This document shows positions 25,645 to 38,233 of a stretch of 64,000 nucleotides of DNA, in pieces. Below the pieces are notes generated by a model. That model saw only the letters and a program-made list of their open reading frames with translations, was not told where the DNA came from and did not search any database. Positions within the stretch are counted from its first letter, which is position 1; every line of letters begins with the position of its first letter. The translations under genes were made by a program, and so were the position numbers. Source of the DNA: Squalus acanthias (lineage: Eukaryota); NCBI GenBank assembly GCA_030390025.1, contig CM059433.1, positions 21,020,001-21,084,000 on the forward strand, in the 5' to 3' direction.

Positions 25645-26370
25645 AGGTATTGCACTGTATTATTTAAATTCTACTATAGCGTGTTAGAGAGTGAACTTTT
25701 GAACTATAACAAATATTTTTCCAAGTATCTGAAGACATGAAACTAGACTTAAAAGAGGAATTAGTTATGAGTCATTTGACAGGTATTTTATATTATGGCA
25801 GAGAGAATCCCTGCAGATTTTTGCTTTCCAACTGATTCAGAGGGCCATCATTCAATACATGAAAGATGGAGCTGGAATTAATTTAATTGCTGCATACTGA
25901 CCAACAAAAGTCTTCAGTTTAGAAACTGCATAATTCCTGGAGACTCACTTGTGTCTCTCGTGCTGAGTCTCATCTGTGCTGATAGGGTGAGATGAAGAGG
26001 GGTGGGAGGAGGCTCGTGTGGAGCATAATGCTGACATAGACCAGTTGGGCCGAATGGCCTGTTTCTGTGCTGTAGACTCTATCTGGTTCTATGTAATTCT
26101 ATTGCAAAAATATTCACACTCCCAAAATGGAGCTTTGGCATTCCGCCTCGGGTAGTTCCGGTGAGAGAGAGGAAGAGAGTGAATGCTCAAGAGTCGGTTA
26201 AGAAACGGTGAAGATTCTGATCTTGATGCGTGCTGGGAGTGCGCTTGACAAAATTGTCCATCTACTGGACCATGATTCTCTGTTCATGAAAGTTAATGAA
26301 CAAAAATTCATGAGCTGGGACGGTACAATTTAGCTGTATGCATCCCAAGGAGTGGCACATAAGAACTTTT

Positions 26371-26944
26371 GGGGGCTAAATTCGGTTGATTTGCGCCTCC
26401 TGTTAGCACCCTAAGAGGGCGCTAACAGGGCGCAAATCAACTAGCGCCTGGGCGCGGCGCCGCTAATGCTTCCCTCGAATTTCAGCGGGAGGTTAGCGGT
26501 GGCGCTAGCCGTTAACGCCATGCGGCACTGCGCCGCCGGCGATGACATCATCGCCGTGCGCAGCACACTGCTCGCACCCCGGCTGTAATATTGGGTGGTG
26601 CCCCCCCCCCGACTTACCGCCGGACGCTATGTCCACTGGGGTCGGGGGGCCTACCTGCGGCCGGGGTGGCGCTAGTAAAAGGGGAGGTGGCGGGCGGCCA
26701 TTTTTGTTGCTGGCCGCCTGCCAGCACCTGCCCCCGTTGCTGTCCCCGGCCCTCATGAAGCCTCCCCGCAGGGTGCCGGCTGCTCTTCGTGAGCCCGGCA
26801 CTCCTCTTGAGTGCCGGGCTCATTTCCCTCTCGGGGCGCTACTTGGGAAAATCGGCCATGGGGGCATTAATTTTTTGGGGGCGCTAAAAGTAGCGCCCCG
26901 GTGAAGGTAACGCCCCAAAGGGGGCGCTACCCAATTTTTATCCC
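26371..26944. mobile_element. Harbinger-type MITE (H2-related)
   Basis: Left 90 bp matches the reverse complement of 15725-15812. TIRs GGGGGCTAAATT / AATTTTTATCCC with TTT on both sides. Confidence 0.78.
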
Positions 26945-27222
26945 TTTGTCCCTCAGTCATTAAGCCTTCATGGATGCCTATTAACTCAGATGATGTGAAA
27001 TAGCAAGCAGAGGAGATTTGCCATCTACTGTCAGCATTGAGGAGAGGTCTATCCCTGGGATCCTGTTCTCACACCATCTGTGAATGACTATGGGAAACCG
27101 TGTTGCATTAGATTCTATACCATTTCATTCTTCTCAATTCCAGGGCTCAGTTTCGAACATCACTGATCTATTGCCTTTGCCCACTTTTATGAAAGAAGAT
27201 TTAACCATCTATTAGACACACT

Positions 27223-28220
27223 GGGGGATTTTAACCCCCAAGAATGGGTGGGTTGGGGTCAGGTGGGTAATAAAAATAGAAGAAAAGTGAAGCGCAACTG
27301 CAACCCAGCCCCAACACTTCCGAGTGTAACTGAAGCGTGTTGGCTGCAGGCGGGTAACCTGCTAGCGCGATCATTAGCGCGGGCGGGTCGGCAATTAACG
27401 CACCATTTAACATGAAAATTACATGGAAATGAGGGGCTTTTCAAATAATTTTAACATTCCTTTTGTGTTTAATGCCCCCAGCACTAGTTTCCCGGGAAAC
27501 TCGTGAAAAGGAGCCTGGTTTGAGCTGCACTTTAACCTTCAGATTGTCCGATCTCAATAAAGGCTCAATGCTTACAGCTGCATTGTCAGTTCTCTCTGGC
27601 AAAGGTTTAATCAGACAGTTCTTGTCAGTACAGAGGGGTTTTTTTGGGGAGAAGTTTGGAGCCTTTCCAACAGACACCACATGGGAGGAGAGAGGTGCAG
27701 CACAGCAGACAGGAGACCGACAGGGGGGGCCGAGGTTGCAGCAGGCACTGCCAACAGAGGCTCTGCTTCCTTGAACCATCTGAGGAGCAGTGCTTCCGCA
27801 GGCTCACAGTGACACGGCAGGTGGTTGCAGACATCTGCAGCCTCCTTCGAGAAGAGCTGCTCCCTGCTGGGCCTGGTGGCCATGCATTGCTCGTCGCTGT
27901 CAAAGTCACGGCCACCCTCAATTTCTTTACCTGTGGCTCCTTCCCGTGCGCCACCGAAGACACGCCGAGGGTCTCTCAGTCCACTGCACATACATGTATA
28001 CAGCAGGTCACGGATGGGTTGTTTGCCAGGGCGCTGACTTATCTCAACTTCCCCTGCGACGACCATAGCCAGAATGAGCAGGCACTCGCATTCGCCTCTC
28101 TGGCTGGGTTCCCACAGGTACAGGGTCCCTAAATTGGAGAATCCGATCCGCTGGCTTTTCTTCCGGGTTTTGCGCACTCAATTCCCGCCACCCTCCGCAC
28201 CCGCTCAGAACCCGCCTTAT
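27223..28220 (+). mobile_element. Internally deleted Harbinger transposon
   Basis: Left terminus GGGGGATTTTAACCCC and a transposase remnant. The right TIR was not found. Confidence 0.7.
27768..28132 (+). pseudogene. Harbinger (HARBI1-family) transposase N-terminal fragment
   Basis: SEEQCFRRLTVTRQVVADICSLL...VKVTATLNFFTCGSF...VSQSTAHTCIQQVTDGL...AGFPQVQG. It breaks just before the first catalytic Asp (G-x-I-D-C-T-H). Confidence 0.85.
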
Positions 28221-28496
28221 TCCTTATTCCTGCTGGAGGGGACTGACCTAGGATCATCACAGCCTTGTCAGCAATTCCCCGGAATTTCTGATAAGATGTT
28301 GTCTTCTTTCGGGCCCAATATAAATTTGAGATCGCCACAAATGGAAATGAAGAAAGTGCTGTGTTATACAGCGCCCTAGACATGATGACAAAGGGAAATT
28401 TAATTTTAATCAATAAATATATATATACCTCTCAATCTGTCATGCATTTGAAGGGTGAAGTTTGGTTCACCACCTGGGAGAGAATGCAGTTTCTAT

Positions 28497-28817
28497 AAAA
28501 AGAAAGACTTGCATTTATATAGCGCCCTGCACGACCTCAGGATGTCCCAAAGTGCTTTACAGCCAATTAAGTACTTCTGCAGTGCAGTCACTGTTGTACT
28601 GTAGGAAACGCAGCAGCCAATCTGCGCACAGCAAGCTCCCACAAACAGCAATGTGATGATGGCCAGGTAATCTGTTTTTTAGTCATGTTGGTTGAGGGAT
28701 AAATATTGGCCAGGACACTGGGGAGAATTCCCCTGCTCTTCTTCGAAATAGTGCCATGGGATCTTTTATGTGCACCTGAGAGAGCAGACAGGGCCTCGGT
28801 TTAACGTCTCATCCGAA
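28497..28817 (-). mobile_element. Deu-domain SINE, 5'-truncated
   Basis: Homologous to 19094-19400. Confidence 0.85.
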
Positions 28818-29399
28818 TAGAGGTAGCTAAGCAGATTTTGCTAGCTTGGAAATCTTACACACCACTGGCGCTTTTCTCAGCAGTGCTATTTAATGTGGGG
28901 TATCTTGATTAAAACAAGACAATTGAGAGGTATGAATATGTAGCTTAGTAAACAAAATGCTTGGACACTTGTACACAGGGGGATTCCTATCACTTCCTAT
29001 TATCCAGTCCATGTTAGCCCAGTACAGAAGCTCAATGTGTCTATGATTTCTTTGATAGTCTCATGAGTGGGATAGGCAGCCTCTTGGCAGTAATGCCTCC
29101 ATTAGGTTCATGTTCAGATGTCAGAATGGTGGCTATTGTCTGTGCTTCAAAAGCTTCATCTATGTTAAGCAGAAATATTGACCTCGAAGAAAGCTGCCAA
29201 CAAAAATCTAGTGATCTCTGTGATGTTGATTTCACCTTTCCCGATGTTAATTTGATTCATGGGGATCTCCAGCGTCCAACAACAGTGATGTTCTCAAGCA
29301 TTGAAGAATTCTCACAGACAGCACACCAGGGAGTAAAATGCACAGATTATAATTGAATTTTTCATCATTTTACAAAGAATAAAATAAAGATTGGGACAT

Positions 29400-29827
29400 A
29401 CACTTGGGATTAAGGTAGAAGCTGAAATATAAACAAACTTTCAAAAAAAAAGTAATTTTTATTCTATCATAATAGAAAAATTTGACATTCCACAAATATA
29501 AACTAGTTTTTCAGGGCCAGAGAGTGATTATGACTTAGTACGCTGTTAAGAACCCATTTAATAAGGCTTAACTTTTTCAGTTTTTTTTTTAACAGGTATT
29601 ACAGCGTAAAAGGTAAGTTCACGTCAAATCACTGATTCTGTGATGATTGCTGTCTGTGGGATCTTCAGCTGCTCAACCTGTGGAGGAGCAGGGAATCACT
29701 GACATCAACTTCCGGATTTCCGCGTTTAACTGCGCACGTGTGGACACCAGAAGTTGCTGTCAGTTTCACAGGGTAATGACGGCGACGCTGACAGTTTCGC
29801 TGTAATTACAACCGCAAAATCCAGGCC
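29400..29827. mobile_element. Truncated Harbinger-type non-autonomous element
   Basis: Ends in GCAAAATCCAGGCC (TIR-like) and shares motifs with family H3 in reverse orientation. The left end is unclear. Confidence 0.45.
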
Positions 29828-30623
29828 AAGATATAGCACCTCTTTAACTGAGCCTCACACCCTTAAAAACAGAGTTGAAATTTGGATCTTCCAAATCCAA
29901 ACCACTCCTAATCTAAATTGTGCTGAATCCTGCTTTAGCCATTCATGTGAAGGCAGGGACCTTTTGTTGTACGAATTTTAAACATTATTGATCTACAAAA
30001 AAAACATTTAATTGGATTTCAGTGCAGATAAAGCAAGTCTGTCATGTCATTCGGTGGGTGTGCTTCATCAACTGGAATTGTACCTTTTGCCTATCTGCAA
30101 GTGTATCTGGTTCATTCATAAAATGGCATTTGTGCACAGGATGGTGAAGAAACCTCCAGCCTAAATCATCTTGATCTTTCAAGCAAAAGAAGTTGCAAGG
30201 GAAAACAGTTAGTAGAGTTAATTTTTAATAGAAATAGATATGATAATGCTGTGTAAGGGGAAGTTCCAGCACATGAATGTGCACTCTTCTTAATTTGCAT
30301 ATAATCCTGCAATTCTTGCACAATGCCCCTTTTGTATGACTGAAAAGGGACAGCCACAAGCAATACTTTTTCATCCAGAGTTATGTTCTCCCCTTCTATT
30401 TCGTATAAAGAACAAATTTTACAAAATTCCAATCTTTTTAATTTTGTCTCCAGTGCCTGAATTAATCTTCCCGGAAACCAAACCCTCCTATGATTGGGTC
30501 CTTTGAGCTTACATGTACAATGAATATAACATCAAAGAAACCTCTAAAATTTCAATGGCAAGTGCAACTTTGCCTATATCTCATCAAAGCCACTCATCAA
30601 ACGTCATGGAAAGCAAACACACT

Positions 30624-31610
30624 GGGCTGGATTTTGTCAGCCCCGAGGAGGCGGGTATGGAGGCGGGACTGCCGGTAAAGTTGCAGAAAGTGGGGGCCGG
30701 ATGGCAAACCCGCCCCCATCCCGCCTCCGTGCCCTTTTGCCAGGAGGCGGGAAGATGTGCTGCTTCGGGTCCCGTCTCCTCGAGGCGGGAAAGGGATTAA
30801 ATCCTTTTAACTGCCTGTTAACAGGTAGTTAACAGGCAGAAAAAAGGATTAGTCCCATTTTACCAGTTGTTCCCTAAAACAGGGAATCCATCGCCTGATA
30901 TGTACTATCCATGTGATATACAAAGGGCTCAAATTTGCTAAGCTAATTCTCTTGTCTAGACATGTTGCGATGGATTATTAGGTTCAATGGATTCAGTGGT
31001 CCTGTGGTAAATGTGAAGGCTTCCCGACCTCGGAGAACCCCGCCAGATTGGAGGAGTCGAGTAGGAGGTCTGCGGGGGTCTGCGGGGCCTGAAAGTGAGA
31101 TGTAGAGGTGAGTGATGGGTGCAAGTGTGGAGTGGTAAGTATGTAAGGTGAGTGTTAAGTGTTAGAAAATGTTCACTTACCTTTGTTTCTGCCTACAGCC
31201 TTCAGCCGCGGTGGTTCTGGAGTCCCGACATCTTCGTTGTAGATTTCACAGACTGGCTGTTGGATCCTCTGAACCAACAGTCATCTGTTTTCTACAAAGT
31301 TGAAAGGTTTGATGAGTCCTGAACACAAGGACTCATCAAACTACACAGAATGTCAGCGTTTGATAGCTTCACAGAGCTGTCAAACGCTGACATTTCTTCT
31401 TTCAAGAAGTCTTGACAGATGCCACGTCAGACGTTGACATGCTCCGTCAGTGACTTCCTCCTGATTGGCCTGCTGAGCCCGTAGGGTGGGCTTAACAAGG
31501 TCAATCAGGGGGAAATCCCTCTGGTTGGCCAGAACATGATGGAGGCGGGACTGAGACCCGACAAGCCGCAGTCCCACCTCCAGCACGTCTCCATTCACAA
31601 AATCTAGCCC
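30624..31610 (+). mobile_element. Family H1 element with a captured 147-bp insert
   Basis: TIRs GGGCTGGATTTTGT / ACAAAATCTAGCCC with TSD ACT. Collinear with 8406-9240 except for 30862-31008. Confidence 0.88.
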
Positions 31611-31891
31611 ACTAAATTCAATTGCCAACAAATTGGTTCGATTCTAAGTGTCTATGACCTGAAATCATTACCTCATCGTTAACGGTGGCTTCATGCACAA
31701 TTGGTTGGTCAGAGTATGATTGGACCAACTCCATTGTACGGTATTAGGGAGAGATTGTGCCAAATCTGCTCAAACAATAGAATAGTAATGATAATCATAG
31801 TGTAATGTGGTTGTCTCTGAAGCATTGCTATCTTCTCCCGCACTTTTATAATGTGCAGGAAATTAATCCATTTCTGAGCAAATGACCTTTA

Positions 31892-32043
31892 ACCGGTTGT
31901 TCCCAAAAACAGGGAATCCATCGCCTGATATGTAGTGTACTATCCATGTGATATACAAAGGGCTCAAATTTGCTAAGCTAATTCTCTTGTCTAGACATGT
32001 TGCGATGGATTATTAGGTTCAATGGATTCAGTGGTCCTGTGGT
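31892..32043 (+). repeat. Local direct duplication, second copy of 30862-31008
   Basis: Near-identical to the other copy: two substitutions and one 5-bp indel seen. Confidence 0.95.
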
Positions 32044-32229
32044 TAATAATATGCGATCTGATTTAACTAATTTATTCCTTTGAATTTGGAACATGACCAA
32101 ATTAAACTTTAACCTGATGGTGCATAAATGTATATATATTTTAATTGTAAGCAACATAAATCTGTCCCGAATGCCTGATTTTCTGATTGCAGAAAGAAGA
32201 GGTCATTGATAAACATACTAAGATACAGA

Positions 32230-33590
32230 GTCTGGTAAATTCACCTCCGTAGCAGGCGTTTTTTTGGCGCTGCGGGTGCCAATTCAGGTCCAAAATGGCG
32301 TCTGCGGCGTGCGTGCACACTTCTGGTATGAGCCGTGCTGGCGCCATTTTGGGTTGGTCATTAGCGCGGGCGCTGGGAGCGTGCATTGGAAGTAAGCAGA
32401 GTGCACAGATCATGACGTCAATCAGCGTGCAACACTGATTTGACACCAGCGATGTTATTTTCAACCTCAGCACACCAGCTAACGCCGTCTCTTAAACACG
32501 CACAGCTGAACATGCGTTCAGCAGCAGGAAGGACCCCACAGATGCGCTATTTAAAGGGATTATCACTTGTTTTCAGGTTGATTGATTTCTATTAGCTCTT
32601 GGTGAGTTTGTAGAAGAGTTTGGTGGTTTATTATCTTACCTGAAGTTGCTGAAATGTCCAGGGAGTGGTGTGGCAGGTTATTTCAAGGCTTCTGCTGAGA
32701 CCACTTGCTCCCAGACATGGGTGCAGTAGTTTGTATCCACCTTGTCCTGCAAGAGAGAGGGAAGTGTGACAGTGAGTGTGATGCACTGTGTTTGGGTGAT
32801 GTGCCTGCCATGGTTGAATAGCTGACAGTGTGTGAAAGCTGTGAGATGTGGCTGTGAGGCTTGCAGCAGTGCTAAATGTGTGAGGGTGAGGTGAAGCTAT
32901 GAATGTGAGGTATGAGTCGTGATTGATAGAGATTGTTGGCAGGTGAGTGAAGGAGAGAGGGGGGGAGTGGTGAATTGAGCAGTGTCTGAGCCTAGTAGTT
33001 CACTTGTAAGGATATGGCATTTGAAGATGAATTCACTGACCTTGACCACTCGTGTGAGGTCATTAAACTTCTTGTGGAACTGCATCCAGGTCCTCGGGGC
33101 TACACTGCTGGCATTGACCATGATGGCTATCTGCTCCCCTTGCCTTCTAACAGTTTGTCTGGAGGGCCTCCTGGCCCCCTGTGGATATAGGACATGTCTC
33201 CTCCTGTCCACTTCCTGCACCAGGACCTCGAGTGCTGCATCGGAAAATCTGGGAGCCCTCTCTCTGCCATGTTGTGCCATCTTTACTCTTCCTGTAGGTC
33301 ACACACTCCTCTACAATAACTTCCATTACCCGCTGCAGCCAGGATGCATCTCCCCTTTAAGAGGTGCAGGCTGCCTTTAAGAAGTGCAGGCTAGCTTTAA
33401 TTGGTGCTAGCCTTGCACAAACTTGGGTCCCCTGCTGAGGTGTGCAGCCACGCAGCAACGCGTTCAGCACTGGCCTGTATGCCACAATCATTATAATTAG
33501 CAGGCAGCATGAAGTTTGCGTGCTGCCTGCATTACTTTGAACGGTCGTGATCCCCGCGCTCGTTTTCGGGGGCAATTGAATTTTTAGCCC
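32230..33590. mobile_element. Internally deleted Harbinger transposon retaining a Myb/SANT exon
   Basis: Degenerate TIRs GTCTGGTAAATTC / GAATTTTTAGCCC with AGA on both sides. Confidence 0.72.
33041..33280 (-). pseudogene. Harbinger ORF2 Myb/SANT-like (trihelix) DNA-binding domain exon
   Basis: MAQHGRERAPRFSDAALEVLVQEVDRRRHVLY...EQIAIMVNASSVAPRTWMQFHKKFNDL, followed by AAG|GTCAGT, a candidate donor. Confidence 0.82.
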
Positions 33591-34219
33591 AGAGTGTTGC
33601 TACATTTCACTGGTCAGTGCCTTATCACTGAGGCAGAATTTTAATTAAGTTGTTGTCTACAGCAGTAGGTATTTGCCAGTGTGGTTGTAAAATAAATTAG
33701 GAAATAAATTAGACCATAATGAATGAAATGGTGAATAATGAATGTAAAGATTAATTTAAACATAGGGCAACGTCGAGTATCCAAATCTAATCAAGTGCAT
33801 TACATAATAATACATCTTTTTACTTTGATTGTTTCCAGTCCATAATACCTTGAAGTGCCCAACAGTAACTAGCACCTTTAAAAAAAATTACCTCCTCCCT
33901 CCCATATTGGTACACCCCTAAACAACCTGACTGTTAGTGGTGCAATTTACAGAATAATAGAACATGCATTCCTGTCTACAACCCTTCAGAAAACACAATA
34001 CCCATCACAGTCTTGTTGAACAGAGGCCCGGTCTTTCCCCACAAAGGGAGGGGAAACTGGAGGAAGACTCACCTTGGATCACTCTTCAGTATCTCTTAGT
34101 GGCGTTAAGCCAAGTAGACCATTTGAGATCTGTGAGTAAGACATAGCCCACTTTCTAAACCAAAGAATTACATCCTTCTCTGAAATTTTCAACTTTGGAT
34201 AGCCAAGAGGAGTGACAAC

Positions 34220-34394
34220 CAATGTTCCCTCTAAATTGTCTTTGCTGTGCGCAGCTTGTTTATTTCAATGCGCGGTCCCTTTAAATTTCTGCGCGTGCCC
34301 GGTATTTCAAATAGAAAAGCTATTAAGCGGCCTGCACGGTATCTTTCAGATTACTGCATGGCCGCGCACATGCGTAGCTAAGGAGGGAACATTG
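34220..34394. mobile_element. hAT-like MITE
   Basis: TIRs CAATGTTCCCTC / GAGGGAACATTG. Flanks GTGACAAC / GTGGGAAC match 6/8, consistent with a decayed 8-bp TSD. Confidence 0.7.
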
Positions 34395-34805
34395 GTGGGA
34401 ACCATGGCTGATTTTATTCCACATTTATTTCAGGGAGTCTGAGTATGACTAAAGTGCCCAACCCTCCCCTCCCCCCACCCCAAGTGAGATTAGTTTGTGC
34501 AGCGCAGTCCAAAGACTGAACAATGAACTATTGTTTTGAATGCCATTATCCTCAGGAATCTCTGGGTTCATTGTATACAGACCAATTTGGCCTTATCCAA
34601 AGTGGCAGTGGGTGCGCTCAACCATCTTCAAACTTTTATCCAAATTGATTTTAATTAGAGAAACTCAGTTTATTCATAGTCTCTCAATTTGGACTTGAGG
34701 GAAAATTCACTGACCTAATGGTCCCAATGAGCAACCAAACCCAAAGGGAGCACAGGTCAGAGAGAAAGTTGCAACGCTATACAGCAGGTTTACTGATCCA
34801 CATAA

Positions 34806-35497
34806 CTACAACAACTTGCATTTATATAGCGCCATTAACGTAATAAAATGCCACAAGGCGCTTCACAGGAGCGTTATCAAACAAAATTAGGACACGTGAC
34901 CAAAAGCTTAGTCAAGGAGTTAGGTTGTAAGGAGTGTCTTAAAGGAGGAGAGAGAGGTAGCGAGGCAAGGAGGGAATTCCAGAGCTTAGGGCCTAGGCAG
35001 CTGAAAGCACGGCCACCATTGGTGGAGCGATTTAAATAGGGGATGCTCAAGAGGGCAGAATTGGAGGAACGCCGAGATCTTGGAGGGTTGTAGGGCTGGA
35101 GGAGGTTACAGAGATAGAGAGGGGCAAGTCCATGGAGGGATTTGAAAACAAGGATGAGAATTTTAAAATCGAGGCATTCTCGGACTGGGAGCCAATGTAG
35201 GTCAGCGAGCACAAGGGTGATGGGTGAACGAGACTTGGTGCGATTTAAGATATGGGCAGCAGAGTTTTGGATGAGCTCAAGTTTATGAAGGGTGGAAGAT
35301 GGGAGGCCGGCCAGGAGAGCATTGGAATAGTTGAGTCTCGAGGTAACAAAGTCATCATTGAGGGTTTCAGCAGCAAGATGAGCTGAGGCAGTAAGCGGTC
35401 TTGGTGATGAAGCGGATATCAGGTCGGAAGCTGATCTCAGGGTCAAGGTTGTGAACAGCCTGGTTCAGCCTCAGACAGTGGCCAGGGAGAGGGATGG
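34806..35497 (-). mobile_element. L2 LINE 3' portion
   Basis: ORF 34877-35446 reads FVTSRLNYSNALLAGLP...LHWLPV. L2 tail present. Confidence 0.9.
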
Positions 35498-35707
35498 TAG
35501 GATGGCTCCCCACTGAGAGAGCAAGATCAGTGAATTTACCTAAGATGCCATCACTATGTTTTGAAACTGCAGTCGTGCACGGTTTATTTTGCAGTAACTA
35601 TTGCACTAACGTCTTGTACATCAAATGTTCATGCTTCTTAAAGCTTCTTTGGTCCCCACCACTTTGGTCTTCTGTTCCCTAGCCACCAAAATTCCAGCAG
35701 CCTTAAA

Positions 35708-35875
35708 CACAAGAACATAAGAACATAAGAAATAGGAGCAGGAGCAGGCCATTCGGCCCCTCGAGCCTGCTCCGCCATTTAATGAGATCATGGCTGATCC
35801 GATTTTGGCCTCAACTCTAGTTTCCTGCCCACTCCCCATAACCCTTGACTCCCCTGTTGCTCAAAAATCTGTCTA
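35708..35875 (-). mobile_element. CR1 3' UTR fragment
   Basis: (CATAAGAA)n followed by ATAGGAGCAGGAG. Confidence 0.85.
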
Positions 35876-37460
35876 AAGTGAAAGTTTCCTTTCACTCAGT
35901 AATTTTGCCATTCGTGTTTCATTTTTTCTCGGCACAGAATCTGGTCCCTCAAAATACCCTCATAAGCCCATATTCTAACACAATAGCCTTGCCTGTGGCA
36001 TGTGAAAGTAAATAGTTACACCAGGAGTGCAGTGGGATCACAGCTTGTTGTAATTTAAGTTGCAAGTATACTCAATATCCATCACTTATTTGTTATATAT
36101 TAAACATGCAAACTGGAGCAGCACCAACTGTAAATAGAGCTTATGTGTTACAAGTTGGGGTCGGTTGCAGATACTTTCTCAGGTTCAGTGGCTGGCATCA
36201 GTTGCCTCCATAGTGGTCTGAGTGTGTTACTTTTATGGGACTTGACTCAAACTGCTCTGTACCTAAAGGACAGCCCAGGGGTTAATAATTGCATCCCCTT
36301 GTGAGATTAGTGTCTGTTGCATGTTTACTTCTTCAATGGCTCTGAAGGTGGAGCAAGCAAATACTTGGTGAGATGAGGCCAGAAATGTATCATTAAGTTG
36401 CTTTATTTCACCAATAAGTGAACATACAGAAGAGCAATTATGACCGAACTCAAAGCAATCTGTGCAATTTATCTGCTTGTAATAATACAAAATCAAACAT
36501 ATCACACTAGCTGACATCAGTGGGTTGCCTTACTTAAACAAGATGGCTTGTAATTTTCCTCCCGCATTTCTATTCCCTTCACCTTAGTGAAAGCCTTTAC
36601 AGCCTGACTGCCCTCAGTTTCCCCGTTCCAAAAAACTTGTCTCCCTGTGTCTTTTTGTCTCCCATATGTTTACTGATGGCTAGGGAACAAAGGACTTCTC
36701 AGTATAATGGGTGCGAGGTGTTTTTCTATTACCAAGACAAGCTAACCAATTGCTTATTGTTTAGTTTCTGCAGAAAACAAATTTCATATAGCATATTAAC
36801 CATCTTTTGTTCAGGTGCGTTTTTAAAAAAAAAACTTGTGAGAATAGACCTTGCTTAAAAATCCCAAAATTAAAAGTAACACGTTTTTTCAAATCCTTTC
36901 TATGGAATAATGATCAAAAAGTGACATTCTGAAATAATTGCAGATATCTAGTGCTGTATTTACACTGACATCCATGTCTGGCTTGGTGTAGGGATCAGGT
37001 TAAAGTCCACTAGTTTGCAAACTGCTGAACACGTTGGCTGAGGCAGCGTTGATGATCTATGATAACTATCGTTACCATTGTTTTTTGATACTGAGCTGTC
37101 AGGTGCCCTGACCCTAAGCCAGAGTGGAAGCCATGTGATATTCATCAGCATCTTATTGGCAAGCGGACAGAAGCCTGGAGATGCTGATGTCGGTACAAAT
37201 GCTGACAGTTGAGAAGCAGGGAACTTGGTTTATTTGTTGTGGATCTGACATTTTGCAAAGGTCTTTTGTTGAAGGTTACTTCCTCATTGGTGGAAAAATT
37301 CTAAGTCCATTTGTAACTCAGCTGGGTCTTTTACATGAATTTAATTACACAGAATTAGTTTTTAAATCAGCAAGGTCACTCCCTGTTCTGTTTTTAAATT
37401 GGTTATGTGTGGCCCAACTAAGTGAACTATAAAGACCAGCTGTTTGGACCTTCGTGCACT

Positions 37461-37965
37461 AACATAAGAACATAAGAAATAGGAGCAGGAATAGGCCACT
37501 TGGCCTCTCGAGCCTGCTCCGCCATTCAATAAGATCATGGCTGATCTTGGGCTCAAAGCCACTTCCCCGCCCGCTCCCCATAACCCTTCACTCCCTTATC
37601 TTGCAAAAATTTGTCTGTCTCCACCTTAAATGTATTTAATGACCCAGCCATCACGGCTCTCTGGGGCAGAGAATTCCACAGATTTACGACCCTCTGAGAG
37701 AAGAAATTCCTCCTCATCTCAGTTCTAAAAGGGCGACCCTTTATTTTAAAACTGTGCCCCCGCGTTCTAGATTTCCCCACGAGGGGAAACATCCTCTCTG
37801 CATCTACCTTGTCGAGCCCCCTCAGTATCTTATATGTTTCAACAAGGTCCCCTCTCATTCTTCTAAACTCCAATGAGTATAGGCCCAGCCTGCTCAACCT
37901 TTCCTCATAAGTCAACCCCCTCATTTCTGGAATTAACCTCGTGAATCGTCTCTGAACTGCCTCCA
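37461..37965 (-). mobile_element. CR1 LINE 3' portion (same subfamily as 21617-22399)
   Basis: EAVQRRFTRLIPEMRGLTYEERLSRLGL...KGYGERAGKWL, followed by the tail. Confidence 0.93.
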
Positions 37966-38233
37966 TAAGACCACATACCAAGATCTTCGAACCAAGTGGT
38001 CCTCTGCGCTGAGTTCGCTGTCTCAAGCAGGGTGACATGACAAGTGCTGTGGTTGGCCTCAGCACCCCTGGGCTACAGAACAAAAGAGTGACTCTGGATG
38101 AAAAGCATTTGTGTGGATGTAAGGTGAGGAAGGGATTAAGTTCCGCTGCGATGCCTCCATAGTTGAATAGTCTGCCTGTATACACTCCAAGCTCACCAGT
38201 TATTATTTGCAAATGCACAAGTGGCAAATATTG

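Noticed and set aside
26371..26944. CpG-island promoter or GC-rich coding exon (also 14917-15812 and 59138-59543)
   Set aside because: The CpG richness is bounded by TIRs and TSDs and is shared between dispersed copies.
27644..28132. Domesticated HARBI1 gene
   Set aside because: Truncated before the catalytic triad and embedded in a transposon remnant.
32897..33280. Host NAIF1/MSANTD-type gene
   Set aside because: Lies between TIRs with a TSD, the usually conserved Trp and Cys positions appear substituted, and no downstream exons are evident.
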